Origin: Myxococcales bacterium
Lineage (GTDB): Bacteria; Myxococcota_A; UBA9042; JABWCM01; BTVJ01
DNA length: 24,887 bases
Assembly: GCA_045863395.1 (NCBI GenBank)
Contig: BTVJ01000101.1
Location: 1 to 24,887, forward strand
Direction of reading: 5' to 3'
The position numbers were made by a program, and so were the translations under genes. The notes under the pieces are model-generated. The model did not search any database. It saw only the letters and a list, made by a program, of their open reading frames with translations, and had not been told where the DNA came from. Shown one piece after another: positions 9,949 through 19,300 of this stretch. The number at the start of each line of letters is the position of its first letter. Within the stretch, counting starts at the first letter, position 1.

Positions 9949-9964
9949 TCGACCATTTGGTCAT
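9949..9964. promoter_or_regulatory. Palindromic regulator-binding site, copy 1 (tcGACCAttTGGTCat)
   Basis: Dyad GACCA-N2-TGGTC centred ~-86/-87 from the predicted sigma54 TSS; matches the site at 16281-16296. Confidence 0.65.
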
Positions 9965-10270
9965 CGGAGAAGCGGGCATGGACGGATGACTGTACGTTCG
10001 GTGCACTTGCCCACCCAACCAGTGAGTCGCTGCGCTTGTGGCTGGACTGTGAGCCCCGAGGGCGAGTAGAACTTCGCGGTGGAGCGGGCCTCGTGCTGCT
10101 CTGGGTCGCCCTCTCCGTCGTCGTGCCAACTCTCAGTCTGCGGCTTGTTGTCGCCCAGAGCGTGTTGCAGTCGGCCCTCACCGTCACTCTCCCGGTCTGG
10201 TTGATCGTCCGCGCGGGTCGGCACCACGGTGCACTGGTGTCGACCCGAGGGCGCGCGTGAACCCCGGTGC

Positions 10271-10660
10271 CTACCCTGCCGCCGCCTCGATGGCCCGCCG
10301 AAGCGTGTCCGCGGACCAGGGCTTGTGGATCACGTCGGAGACCAGCGCGTCGGTCCGTGCGCGGCGAAGAGCCTCCGGGTCCGCCTGGCCCGTGAGCAGA
10401 ATGCGCCCGATGTCCGGGAACCTGGCCCTCACCGCCGCCAGAAACTCATCGCCGCGTATCCCAGGCATCAGCCAGTCCGAGACCACGACCACCACCTCGA
10501 CGCCGTCTCGGTGCAGCTCCTCGATCACCTCCCAGGCTTCCTGAGCGCCCTCCGCCACCTCGTAGCTGAAGCGCCGGCCGAAGAGTGAGCGGAGCTGCCA
10601 CTTCAAGCTGTCGAGGATCGTCTTCTCGTCGTCGACCATCAGGATCGCTGCGCTGGTCAT
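10271..10660 (-). CDS. Single-domain response regulator (REC)
   Basis: ILMVDDE, VSDWLMPG (phospho-Asp), LLTG, KPW; ATGA overlap with the kinase stop. Confidence 0.93.
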   Translation of the reverse strand: MTSAAILMVDDEKTILDSLKWQLRSLFGRRFSYEVAEGAQEAWEVIEELHRDGVEVVVVVSDWLMPGIRGDEFLAAVRARFPDIGRILLTGQADPEALRRARTDALVSDVIHKPWSADTLRRAIEAAAG

Positions 10661-12387
10661 CGTTGGGCCACCAGTCCTGTCGGCTCGCCTTGCGGCAGGC
10701 GCACCGTGAATGTCGTGCGACCGGGCTCACTCCAGCACTCCAGGCTACCCCCGTGCTTGCGGACGATGTCGCGGCAGATCGACAGGCCGAGGCCGGTGCC
10801 CTCCCCCGCCGCCTTGGTCGTGAAGAAGGGCTCGAAGATCCGGTCTCGAAGGCTCTCCGGGACGCCCGGGCCGCTGTCCGTGATCGACACAGCCACGCCC
10901 TGCGCGTCCCCGGTCACCGCCACATCCAGCCGCCCCTTGCAGGCCATCGCCTGGAGCGCGTTGTGCACGAGGTTTGTCCACACCTGGTTGAGCTCGTCGT
11001 GGCGCCCCCAGACGACCCCCACATCCTGGTAGTCGCGCCGCAGGTCCACGCCGCTCTTGATCTGGTTGTGATAGAGCGTCAGCACGGTGTCGAGGTTGTC
11101 CGCGAGCGACGCGCCCACGCGCTCCCCGTCGACGCCGCCCGGATGCGCGTAGCTCTTGAGCGCGAAGACGATCTTCGCCGCTCGGTCGGCCGCGGTGCGG
11201 ATGTTCTGGCAGTTGCGCAGGAGCGACGTCATGTTGTACGCGGTCCGAAGCAGCCGCTCCCGTCGTGGCGAGCGCAGGAGGTCGAGGTGTGGGGCCGCCT
11301 CCAGCGCGGCGCCGATGTCGACGAGGGTCGCGGCGAGCTCCTCCGCCCCCTCGACTCCCGACTCCTGGAGCTCGGCGGAGAGCCTCCGCCGCGCCGCGCG
11401 CTCTTCTCGCGAGGTCCGAGGAACCGGCTGACCCCCGGCTACGCGGACGAAGCGCAGCCAGGCGTCCAGCTCTTCGGGGACGGTGTCCGCCAACATCCCT
11501 GGCAGCTCTCCGACGGTCTCGTCCACGGCGCTCGCCAGGTTCCCGACCGACGCGCCGATCGCCCCCAGCGGCGTGTTGAGCTCGTGGGCTACGCCGGCCA
11601 CGAGCTGGCCCAGAGCCGCCAGCTTCTCGCTCTGCACGAGCGCGTGCTGCGACTCCTCGATGCGCCGCTTCTGCCCCGCAAGCTCCTGGTTCTTCTGATC
11701 GAGCTCCGCGTTCTTCTCCGCGAGCTCGCCGTTGAGGCGCTCCTGGACGGCGCGCTCCTCCTCGAGCAGGAGTGCATAGTACCGCACAGCCGCATAGCTG
11801 ATGGCCCCCACGGTCACGACGTTCATGAACGCGAAGACGCTCCGCATGGTCGCCGACATCGGCACGACGGGGACGAGGCCGAGCACCTCCACGAGCAGGC
11901 CCCCGAGCACCAGCGCGACAAAGCCGAGGAGCCAGCGCACGGACGCCGCGGGCCCGTCGAAGAGGAGCGCGATGAGAGGGGCCAGGAAGCTCCACAGCAG
12001 GACCACGCCGCCGGCGTGCAGCCCGCCGAGCGCAAGCGTGACCGCCGCGGGAAGCAGGAAGATGAGCCACGTCTGCCGCGTGCGGAAGGCAGCGATGTCC
12101 TTGTCCTTTGCGATGCGTGCGACGCTGAGGCACGTGAACGCGAGGTAGAAGATGGGCACGACGCCCGCGGTGGTGGCGCCGACCGCCAGGAAGAGCCCGG
12201 CCCAGGGCGGACAGGCCGCCGCCTTGAACAACGAGGCGCCGGTGATTACGGACTTCTGCCGCCGCTCGTAGGCGCTGTCGGTCGGTGCGTGGCCGCAATC
12301 CGCGACCTTTCGGAGCCACCCCCTGCCGGAGACTGCCTTCGTGGGTCCGGGGGCCGGTGGTGCGGACATGGCTGCCTCGATGCTCAT
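10657..12387 (-). CDS. Membrane sensor histidine kinase (multi-TM N-terminus, coiled coil, HisKA, HATPase_c)
   Basis: H-box LGQLVAGVAHELNTPLGAI, N-box NQVWTNLVHNALQAM, G1 DSGPG, F-box FEPFFTTK, G2 GTGLGLSI; start ATG 12387 with GAGG upstream (alternative 12369). Confidence 0.93.
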   Translation of the reverse strand: MSIEAAMSAPPAPGPTKAVSGRGWLRKVADCGHAPTDSAYERRQKSVITGASLFKAAACPPWAGLFLAVGATTAGVVPIFYLAFTCLSVARIAKDKDIAAFRTRQTWLIFLLPAAVTLALGGLHAGGVVLLWSFLAPLIALLFDGPAASVRWLLGFVALVLGGLLVEVLGLVPVVPMSATMRSVFAFMNVVTVGAISYAAVRYYALLLEEERAVQERLNGELAEKNAELDQKNQELAGQKRRIEESQHALVQSEKLAALGQLVAGVAHELNTPLGAIGASVGNLASAVDETVGELPGMLADTVPEELDAWLRFVRVAGGQPVPRTSREERAARRRLSAELQESGVEGAEELAATLVDIGAALEAAPHLDLLRSPRRERLLRTAYNMTSLLRNCQNIRTAADRAAKIVFALKSYAHPGGVDGERVGASLADNLDTVLTLYHNQIKSGVDLRRDYQDVGVVWGRHDELNQVWTNLVHNALQAMACKGRLDVAVTGDAQGVAVSITDSGPGVPESLRDRIFEPFFTTKAAGEGTGLGLSICRDIVRKHGGSLECWSEPGRTTFTVRLPQGEPTGLVAQR

Positions 12388-12395
12388 CCGTGACC

Positions 12396-13700
12396 TCACT
12401 TCGTGTCCAGGTCGATGACGCCGTCCCACCCAGGCTCTCGCACCAGGTGTGCACGGCAGCGGGCCAGGCACAGCAGGAGCAGATCCTCGGAGTCGAGCAG
12501 CCAGGCCGCCTCGAATCGCTGGATGGCCTCCAGGATCGCACCCTCTCGAAGCAGCGCCTGCCCCTCCTCCAGGTAATGGCGTGTCGCGAGGCGGCGCACG
12601 CGCTGCTCCTCTGGGAGCGCGTCGAGCACCTCGTAGACCCCCACCGGCTGAGTCTTCCCCTTGAGCCGGAAGCGCCCGATGAATCGGAGAGAGTAGACCC
12701 CCGGGTCCCGCAGGCCCTGCACCGTGGACTCGCTCACGAGCAGCGTGGCGCCGAGGTGCCGCGTGAGCGACTCAAGGCGCGCCGCCACGTTCACGGGATC
12801 GCCGAGCACGCCGGCGTTCAGGCGCTCACCGCTGCCGATGATGCCGAGCATCAGCGGTCCGGTGTTGATACCGATCCCGATGCGGATCGGCAGCTCCCCG
12901 CGCAGCCGCAGCACCCCATTGAACAGGTCGAGCGCCCGCAGCGACGCAAGGCCGGCGCGGACGGCGCCATCCGGGCCGTCCGCGAACAGCGCCATCACCC
13001 CGTCGCCGGTGAACTTGTCGATGAAGCCGCCCTGCTCGCGGATCGCCGGCTCCATGTGGGCCAGGTACTCATTCACGAAGTCGTAGATCTGCTTCGGGGA
13101 CTTGCCCTCGGCGAGTGGGGTGTAGGAGCGGATGTCGGAGAAGTACACGCTGAGCCGCTGCTCCCTGTGATCGTCGAGCGACACCTCGGCGAGCCGCTCG
13201 CGGCCGAGCAGACGCAAGAACTCCACCGGGACGAAGCGGCTGCCGGCCGCGTGCGCCTCGCGCAGCTCCTGGTTCTGACGCTCGACCTGAAGCTCCTGAT
13301 CGTAGCTGCGCACCGCCTCCCGAATGGTCTGGACCAGGTCCTCCAGATCCCAGGGCTTGGCGATGTAGCGATACAGCGCTCCTCCGTTGACGACGTTGCC
13401 CAAGGCGTCGGCGCCCGCCTGGCCCGTGAGGAGGATCTTGCGGGTTCGCGGCAGCCGCCTGTGCACCTCGACGAGCAGCGCGTCGCCCTTCATGCCCGGC
13501 ATGATGTGGTCACTGACGATCACGTGCAGGTCGCGCCCGTCCCGGTCCACGTCGCCGATGATCTCCAGCGCCTCGGACGAGTCCTGGGCGACCTCGATGT
13601 GGAACCGTCCCTCGAACCGCCTCCGGAGCTGCTCCTTGAGGCTGTCGAGGACGATGGGCTCATCGTCGACGCACAGGATGACGGGCCGCTGCTGCCGCAC
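12396..13700 (-). CDS. Receiver-domain class III adenylate/guanylate cyclase with C-terminal TPR-like helices
   Basis: REC: ILCVDDE, VSDHIMPG, KPW; cyclase: FSDIRSYT, DKFTGDGVMALF, GIGINTG, GDPVNVAARLE. Confidence 0.93.
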   Translation of the reverse strand: MRQQRPVILCVDDEPIVLDSLKEQLRRRFEGRFHIEVAQDSSEALEIIGDVDRDGRDLHVIVSDHIMPGMKGDALLVEVHRRLPRTRKILLTGQAGADALGNVVNGGALYRYIAKPWDLEDLVQTIREAVRSYDQELQVERQNQELREAHAAGSRFVPVEFLRLLGRERLAEVSLDDHREQRLSVYFSDIRSYTPLAEGKSPKQIYDFVNEYLAHMEPAIREQGGFIDKFTGDGVMALFADGPDGAVRAGLASLRALDLFNGVLRLRGELPIRIGIGINTGPLMLGIIGSGERLNAGVLGDPVNVAARLESLTRHLGATLLVSESTVQGLRDPGVYSLRFIGRFRLKGKTQPVGVYEVLDALPEEQRVRRLATRHYLEEGQALLREGAILEAIQRFEAAWLLDSEDLLLLCLARCRAHLVREPGWDGVIDLDTK

Positions 13701-13706
13701 GGCGAG

Positions 13707-16082
13707 CTACTCGCAGATGCCGTGAACGCAGGCCTTGCCTGGGCCGCACGGCGGCGCGCAGGGAGCGGGAGTGCAGGCGCCGTCCGTGCACTTCGCCGCG
13801 GGGGCGCAGTCCGTGTCTGCCAGGCAGCCTGGCACGCAGCGTTGAACTCCGTCCGGGCTTGCCGTCTCGGCGCAGTGGGCGTCCGGCGGGCAGGACATGT
13901 CCTCCTGACACGGCGTGCATCGCAGGACCGCCTCCGGACACTTTGCCGGGTCGAGGAAGCACTCCGTGCCCGTCAGCGCACGCTCGCAGTCGGTGTCGCC
14001 CTCCGCGCAGCCATCCCAGCGACACGGCCCGCCCGAGCAAAGCGTCTCGCACGACTCCTTGGCCGGGTCGCACACCTTGACCAGCTCCATCATGCCGTGA
14101 TCCTCGTGATTCAGCTTGTGACAGTGAAACACGTAGGCACCCGTGAACGCGCGGTACTCGGTCAGCAGGTCGACCTTGCGGTCCAGATTGACCAGGTACG
14201 TGTCACGCCAGTGGGCAAACGGCGGCTCGAACAGGCGGGACTTGGTGTTGGGGTCCTCTGCGCCGGCTGGCGGGAGCGGGCAGACCAGGAACGGGTTGAT
14301 GTGGATGTGGAACGGGTGACCGTCGAAGCCCGCGAGCAGACGCCAGTGCTCGACAGCCCCCAGCGGAAAGACGCGATCGAAGGGGTAGCGCTCCCGGTCC
14401 GTCTGCTCGAAGTTCTTGCAGTTGATGTTGTGGTCCGGGCAGGCGCAGTCGTCCAGACCCTCGTTCACCGCGAAGATCATCCACATGGCCACGACCTGAT
14501 CGATCTGCGATACGTCGGTCTTCGCCTGGGCCTCCTTGCACCGCTTCAGCGCGTCCACCTTGCCACCCTGGAGCTTCATGCTCGGCGCGTGCTGTGCGAC
14601 CTCGTCCAGATCGGGCATCTCCGTCTCCGTCGCCGTGCCCGCGCTCGCCGTGACGTTCATGATCGCGATCAGGTCTCCGTTCGTCGTAATCTGAAGGATC
14701 TCGTCCGCCGTGGGGGCCTCGGTCAGGCCGACGCCCATCTCTGTGGTGCCCGTGGTGTCCGTCTGCAGGAACCGCCCGGACATCATGCAGAGGGTATCGC
14801 CGTCTTGGAGCTTGCTCCCGTCGAGCATCGCGTCGATCCGGTAGCCGGGCGAGAGGAACATGTACGGCGGCGCGTGCGGCCAGTCCACGCCGTCCGCCGG
14901 CTTGGGGAGGGTCAGCCCGTCACGGCCAATCTGCGTCAGAGCGATGGGCCCCGCCTCGAAGTCCAGGTTCTTGCAGTCCGAGTCCTTGCCCATGAACAGG
15001 GCGATGGTCATCTCATCCAGGAAGGCGCCGTGGAGGAATCTCCAGCGCTCGATCTGCCCGGGAGGCATGATCAGGCGCGGCTGTCGGATGCCGTTGAGCA
15101 GGTTCGTCTGCTTCTCGCTCGTGTCTCCGAGGATGGCGAAGCCGTTCATCGTGATGTGATCCTCGTCGCAAGCCTGGCCGTCCGCGAGCGGCTCGTAGCC
15201 CACCGGCGGCGTCATCACCACGAAGATACGCTCGCGCGCCTTCGCGATCCCCGGCAGCTCGTCCACCGGGCCCCGGATGATCAGCGTCCCCGTCGCCCCG
15301 GATGCGACCTGGATCGCGGTGCTGCCGTGGATGTGCGGGTGATACCAGTCGAGCCCCTCGTGGTGGACACCGTCCTCGTCCAGGTCCCAGCGGTGCTGGG
15401 CCCCTTCACCGGCGGGGACGCGGCTGATCACGTCGTCCGCGAAGAAGCAGTCGCGCTTGCCGTCATCGGAGGATCCGCTGCAGACCCTACAGCTCAGCCC
15501 GTCTTTCTCGACGCAGCCGCCGCCTGTCGCGTAGTCCGGGCGCACGTGAGAGCCGTGGGCGTGAAGGTTCGTGACGTTGAAGTCGAACATGTGGCAGGCA
15601 GCGCCGTCCTCGGACGTACACTCGCAGGATGCGTGGGCCCCGTGCTCGCCGTGCGCCGGAGTGCAGGTGTTGCCCGCAGAGTCCTTGCAGGTGCACCTCT
15701 TGTAGCTCAGCGACTGGAAGTCGGCCTTCGTGAACTCGTTCCGGATATCGACGCGCACCTTCCGCGGCTTGCCGTCGACCTGCGCCGGGATGTCGATGGT
15801 GGGCGCCGGAAACATGCCGTTGTAAGTGCGCCCGCACTGTCGCTTGCCGTCGATGGTCACCTCCGTGGGGACGAGCGAAAGCTGATATACGCCGTCCCCG
15901 TCGGGCTCCAGCACCGCGGGGTTGCGGAACGTCTCCGCCACGCACCGCCCGTCTGTCAGCTTGAAGCACTCCGCAGAAGCAGTATCTGCCGCATCTGCCT
16001 TCGAGGCGGTCTGGGGCTCGCTCGCGCCACCGCACCCCAGTGCAAAGCACCACAATGCAACCGCCGCGCTGCTCTTTCGCAC
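13707..16082 (-). CDS. Cys-rich lipoprotein multicopper oxidase (laccase-like), 791 aa
   Basis: All four Cu-binding motifs: TNLHAHG, WYHPHIHG, HPFHIH, HCHKLNHEDHGMM; GTG start at 16082 with GAGGAGG RBS; lipobox FALG-C. Confidence 0.93.
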   Translation of the reverse strand: MRKSSAAVALWCFALGCGGASEPQTASKADAADTASAECFKLTDGRCVAETFRNPAVLEPDGDGVYQLSLVPTEVTIDGKRQCGRTYNGMFPAPTIDIPAQVDGKPRKVRVDIRNEFTKADFQSLSYKRCTCKDSAGNTCTPAHGEHGAHASCECTSEDGAACHMFDFNVTNLHAHGSHVRPDYATGGGCVEKDGLSCRVCSGSSDDGKRDCFFADDVISRVPAGEGAQHRWDLDEDGVHHEGLDWYHPHIHGSTAIQVASGATGTLIIRGPVDELPGIAKARERIFVVMTPPVGYEPLADGQACDEDHITMNGFAILGDTSEKQTNLLNGIRQPRLIMPPGQIERWRFLHGAFLDEMTIALFMGKDSDCKNLDFEAGPIALTQIGRDGLTLPKPADGVDWPHAPPYMFLSPGYRIDAMLDGSKLQDGDTLCMMSGRFLQTDTTGTTEMGVGLTEAPTADEILQITTNGDLIAIMNVTASAGTATETEMPDLDEVAQHAPSMKLQGGKVDALKRCKEAQAKTDVSQIDQVVAMWMIFAVNEGLDDCACPDHNINCKNFEQTDRERYPFDRVFPLGAVEHWRLLAGFDGHPFHIHINPFLVCPLPPAGAEDPNTKSRLFEPPFAHWRDTYLVNLDRKVDLLTEYRAFTGAYVFHCHKLNHEDHGMMELVKVCDPAKESCETLCSGGPCRWDGCAEGDTDCERALTGTECFLDPAKCPEAVLRCTPCQEDMSCPPDAHCAETASPDGVQRCVPGCLADTDCAPAAKCTDGACTPAPCAPPCGPGKACVHGICE

Positions 16083-16211
16083 GTTTCCTCCTCTCAGTGT
16101 CATGGCCGTGAGCGTGAAGCCTCCGCGGCAAGCCTGTACTGCCGCACCCTCGAAACGCCCTCGCGCTACTGGGCGACGAGAGAGCCGAATGTGAGGCGAC
16201 CCGCTCATCAG

Positions 16212-16227
16212 AGCAAGGGTCGTGCCA
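16212..16227 (-). promoter_or_regulatory. sigma54 (-24/-12) promoter for the oxidase-cyclase-HK-RR operon
   Basis: Minus strand reads TGGCACGACCCTTGCT, matching consensus TGGCACG-N4-TTGC(T/A); predicted TSS ~16201. Confidence 0.88.
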
Positions 16228-16280
16228 CTCAATCCGGTCGTGGAAGTCGCTGTATTGACTACGCAGACACCTGGCGACGG

Positions 16281-16296
16281 CTGACCAGTTGGTCAA
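16281..16296. promoter_or_regulatory. Palindromic regulator-binding site, copy 2 (cTGACCAgtTGGTCAa)
   Basis: Dyad TGACCA-N2-TGGTCA centred ~-87/-88; weaker TTGAC-containing copies start at 16255 and 16311. Confidence 0.7.
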
Positions 16297-16326
16297 TCGG
16301 GTCCTGCCAATTGACCGCTTGTTCGC

Positions 16327-19300
16327 TCAGAGTCGGAAGCCGCCGTGCTCCAGCAGATCCGCGGCCTCCTCCGACTCGTCCACGGTCATCCGCCCCAGGG
16401 TGCGGCTCGCCTCCAGGCAGAGCCAGCGGTGGTAAGGCTGGTCGTTGTCGCGAGAGCGCTCGAGGCAACGTCTCAGATCGCGCGCGGCGCGGCGCGGCGA
16501 CCCGCTGTGATGGTGGATCAGCGCGGCGACCCGGTCGCCCAGCCCAGCGAGATCCCGACGCTCGGTGCGCGCCAGCCGCCCGGCCCGGTGCAGCGCCCAC
16601 CGGCGGTCGCGCGCGCTCAGGGTCCCCGTGGCCGCCGCGCCGGCCGCCGCCTCGATGGCGACCCACGTCGCGACGCTCACCTCGTTCGGCGTCAGAGATG
16701 CGCCGAGGGGGTCGGGCCGACCCAGGAGGACGCTGCGCTGTCCGAGGATCTCCTCGAAGCTCGCTCGAGCCAGCCAGATACGCCAGCGCACGAGCGTCAA
16801 CAGGGCGGTCACGCGGCAGGGCGGGACGTCGGCCAGGTCCACCTCGGCGGCCTCAAGACACTGCGCTGCCTCCTCGACCCGGCCACAGGAGGCCAGGATC
16901 CAGACCTCCTGAAGGGCGGCCTCGCGCAGGAGCTGCACGCTGACGTGGACGCGCGCCCTCTCCCGGGCAATTGCGTCCAGAGCCGCCTGGTAGCGTCCTG
17001 TGGTCACGAGCCCGACGATCCGGAACCCGCGAGCGAACTCGGCATCGCGCCCGTCGACCTTGCCTGCCTGCTCGAGGAGCGAGAGGCCTGTCTCCACGCT
17101 CCTCACCGCGCGCACAGGGTCCACGTTGAGCCACAGGAAGCTCCTGGCCTGCCGCATGAGCGCGAGCCCATCGACGTCCTGCCCCTCCGCCGCAAGCCTG
17201 TCGCCCTGGTCCAGGAGCTCCTGGCATTGCCGGATGCGCCGGCCCGAGAGGCGAAACGACAGCGCCTTGCGCACGACCCGGAGAAACAGTGAGCGCACCA
17301 CCGCCTCCTTCGCATCGAGGCGTCGCGCGAGCAGCTCGGCGCGGAGCGAGAGCTCGGCCGCAGGCATCCACCACAGCGGCATCAGCGCTCGCCCTATCTG
17401 GTCGAGACGCCGCACGCGCTCCATGGCGCCCTGGCTCGTCCGACGCAGCGGGAGCAGGCGCTCCGGCACCAGGTCGAGGGCGAGGAGGCGGAGACCCAGC
17501 CACAGGATGACTCCAATCTGCTTCAGCGCCCCGCGCGTGAGCGACAGGTCGAGGAGCGCCAGGCCCTCGGCGCACGCGGAGGCGCCCTCGCGGACACGTC
17601 CGACGGCCGTGAGGCTCTCCCCGAGCTGACCGACCACGCGGAGCAGCGAGGCGCGCCGATCCGGGTGGTCCGCCGAGACGACCTGCCAGCAGCGCAGGGC
17701 GCGGCCAAAGGCGTCGACCGCCTCGTTCGGACGCCCCCCGTACTCGAACAGGGTGCCGATGCGCTCCCAGCAGGCTGCCGATTGGGGAGTTGCGGCGTCC
17801 GGGGCCGTGTCCTCCAGAGTGACCGAGAACAGCTCCGCGGCGCGCACGAACGCGAGCCGCGACTCGGCCTGTGCGGCTGCCAGCGCTGCGTAGCGCCTGC
17901 GGCGCTCCAGGTCTCCCGCTCCGGTCCAGTGGCGGTAGAGCTGCTCGGCGTCCTCGCCCGTGGCCTCCAGCGTCTCGGCGAGTCGCCGGTGCAGCGCCCG
18001 ACTTCGCTCCGGTGAGAGCCGCGCGGAGGCAGCCTCGCCGATTCGCTCGTGGTACAGGCCGACATGGCGCACGGACGTCTCCGGCGCGCGCGTCGTGGCG
18101 ACGAAGCGGAGCGCGGCCAAGTCGGCCAGCGCGTCGTCGAGCTCCGTCGCGCCGAGGCCGCTCGCCGCCCGCAGCGTCGATGTCGAGAGCTCCCCGCCAG
18201 CCGTCACCGTCAGCGCCAGGACCTCCTCCGCGCTGTCGCCCAGCGTCGTGATCATGGCGTCGAGCAACGACTCCACGTTCGGGCTCGTGTCTGCTCCGAC
18301 CTCGACCGTCGCGCCCTCCGCGGACGCAGTGACTCCCTTGGCCGCCGTCGCCCCAGCCGCGAGATACTCGGCGAGACGGCTCGTCAGGAACGGATGCCCG
18401 TCGGTTTGGCGGGCGAGGGCCAGGGCCCCCTCCGGGCTGAGCTTCGTTCCTGCCACGGTGGACAGGAGCTCGGCGGCCTCCTCGGTGCCGAGCCGCCCGA
18501 GCGCGAGCGCCAATCCCCCCTCGCTTCGCATGGAGAAGCGCTCCAGCTTCTGCAGCGCCCGCGCGTCCGTCACGCAGTCGGAGCGAATCAACCCCAACAC
18601 CGCGATGCGGCCGGTCGCGCCCTCGAGCGCCGCCGCGAGGAGGTCCAGGCTGCCGTCGTCCGCCCACTGCAGGTCGTCGAGCACGAGCAGGATCGGGGCG
18701 AGCTCCTGGAAGACGTCGAGAAGCATGGCAAAGCTGTCGATGGCCAGCCGGGCCCGCTCGCGGCCGCGACCAGCCTCCTCCTCTCGGGGCGGACCGGTGA
18801 GCGCCTCGATGGTGGGGAACATCGGCAGCAGCGGCCGCAGGAGTGGCAGCACCTTCGCGCGGCGCTCTGCAGGCCACTCCCGGACTGCCAGCACGACGTC
18901 GTCCACCACGCGGTCGAGGACGAGGTAGGGGACGCGCTCTCTGTCGAAGCACCGGCCCTCGAAGCAGAGGAACCCGCTCTGGCGAGCCCACGGGACGGTC
19001 ATCCTCGCCAGCGTGGTCTTTCCGATGCCGCTCGGACCGCTCACCGTGATGAGCTGCTTTCGCGACGCCAGAGCCCGGGCGAGGGCGCTGCGGATGGCGG
19101 CAGTCTCGCGGGTACGTCCGACGAACACCGATGCGACCGGACGCGCGACGGCGCGCGAGCCCGCCGCCAGGCGACGGACCGCGTCCAGCCCGGGTCGCGC
19201 GGCCGGATCGATGGCCATCAGGCCGCGGCAGAGGGCGGCCCACTCGGCGGGCACCCCCGTCACGTACGACTCCACTCGGGGAGGTGGCTCACGCTGGCGC

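Noticed and set aside
9771..10187. 223-aa version of the lipoprotein ORF
   Set aside because: The extension covers the promoter region; ATG 9770 has AGGAGGT and starts the signal peptide
16083..16232. Longer oxidase start at 16232
   Set aside because: Overlaps the sigma54 promoter; GTG 16082 has a strong RBS and begins the signal peptide
12285..16943. 1552-aa + strand ORF (also 618-4031 -, 10585-12393 +, 18049-20427 +, 20391-21896 +)
   Set aside because: Antisense shadows of motif-bearing genes, expected in high-GC DNA; no recognisable motifs
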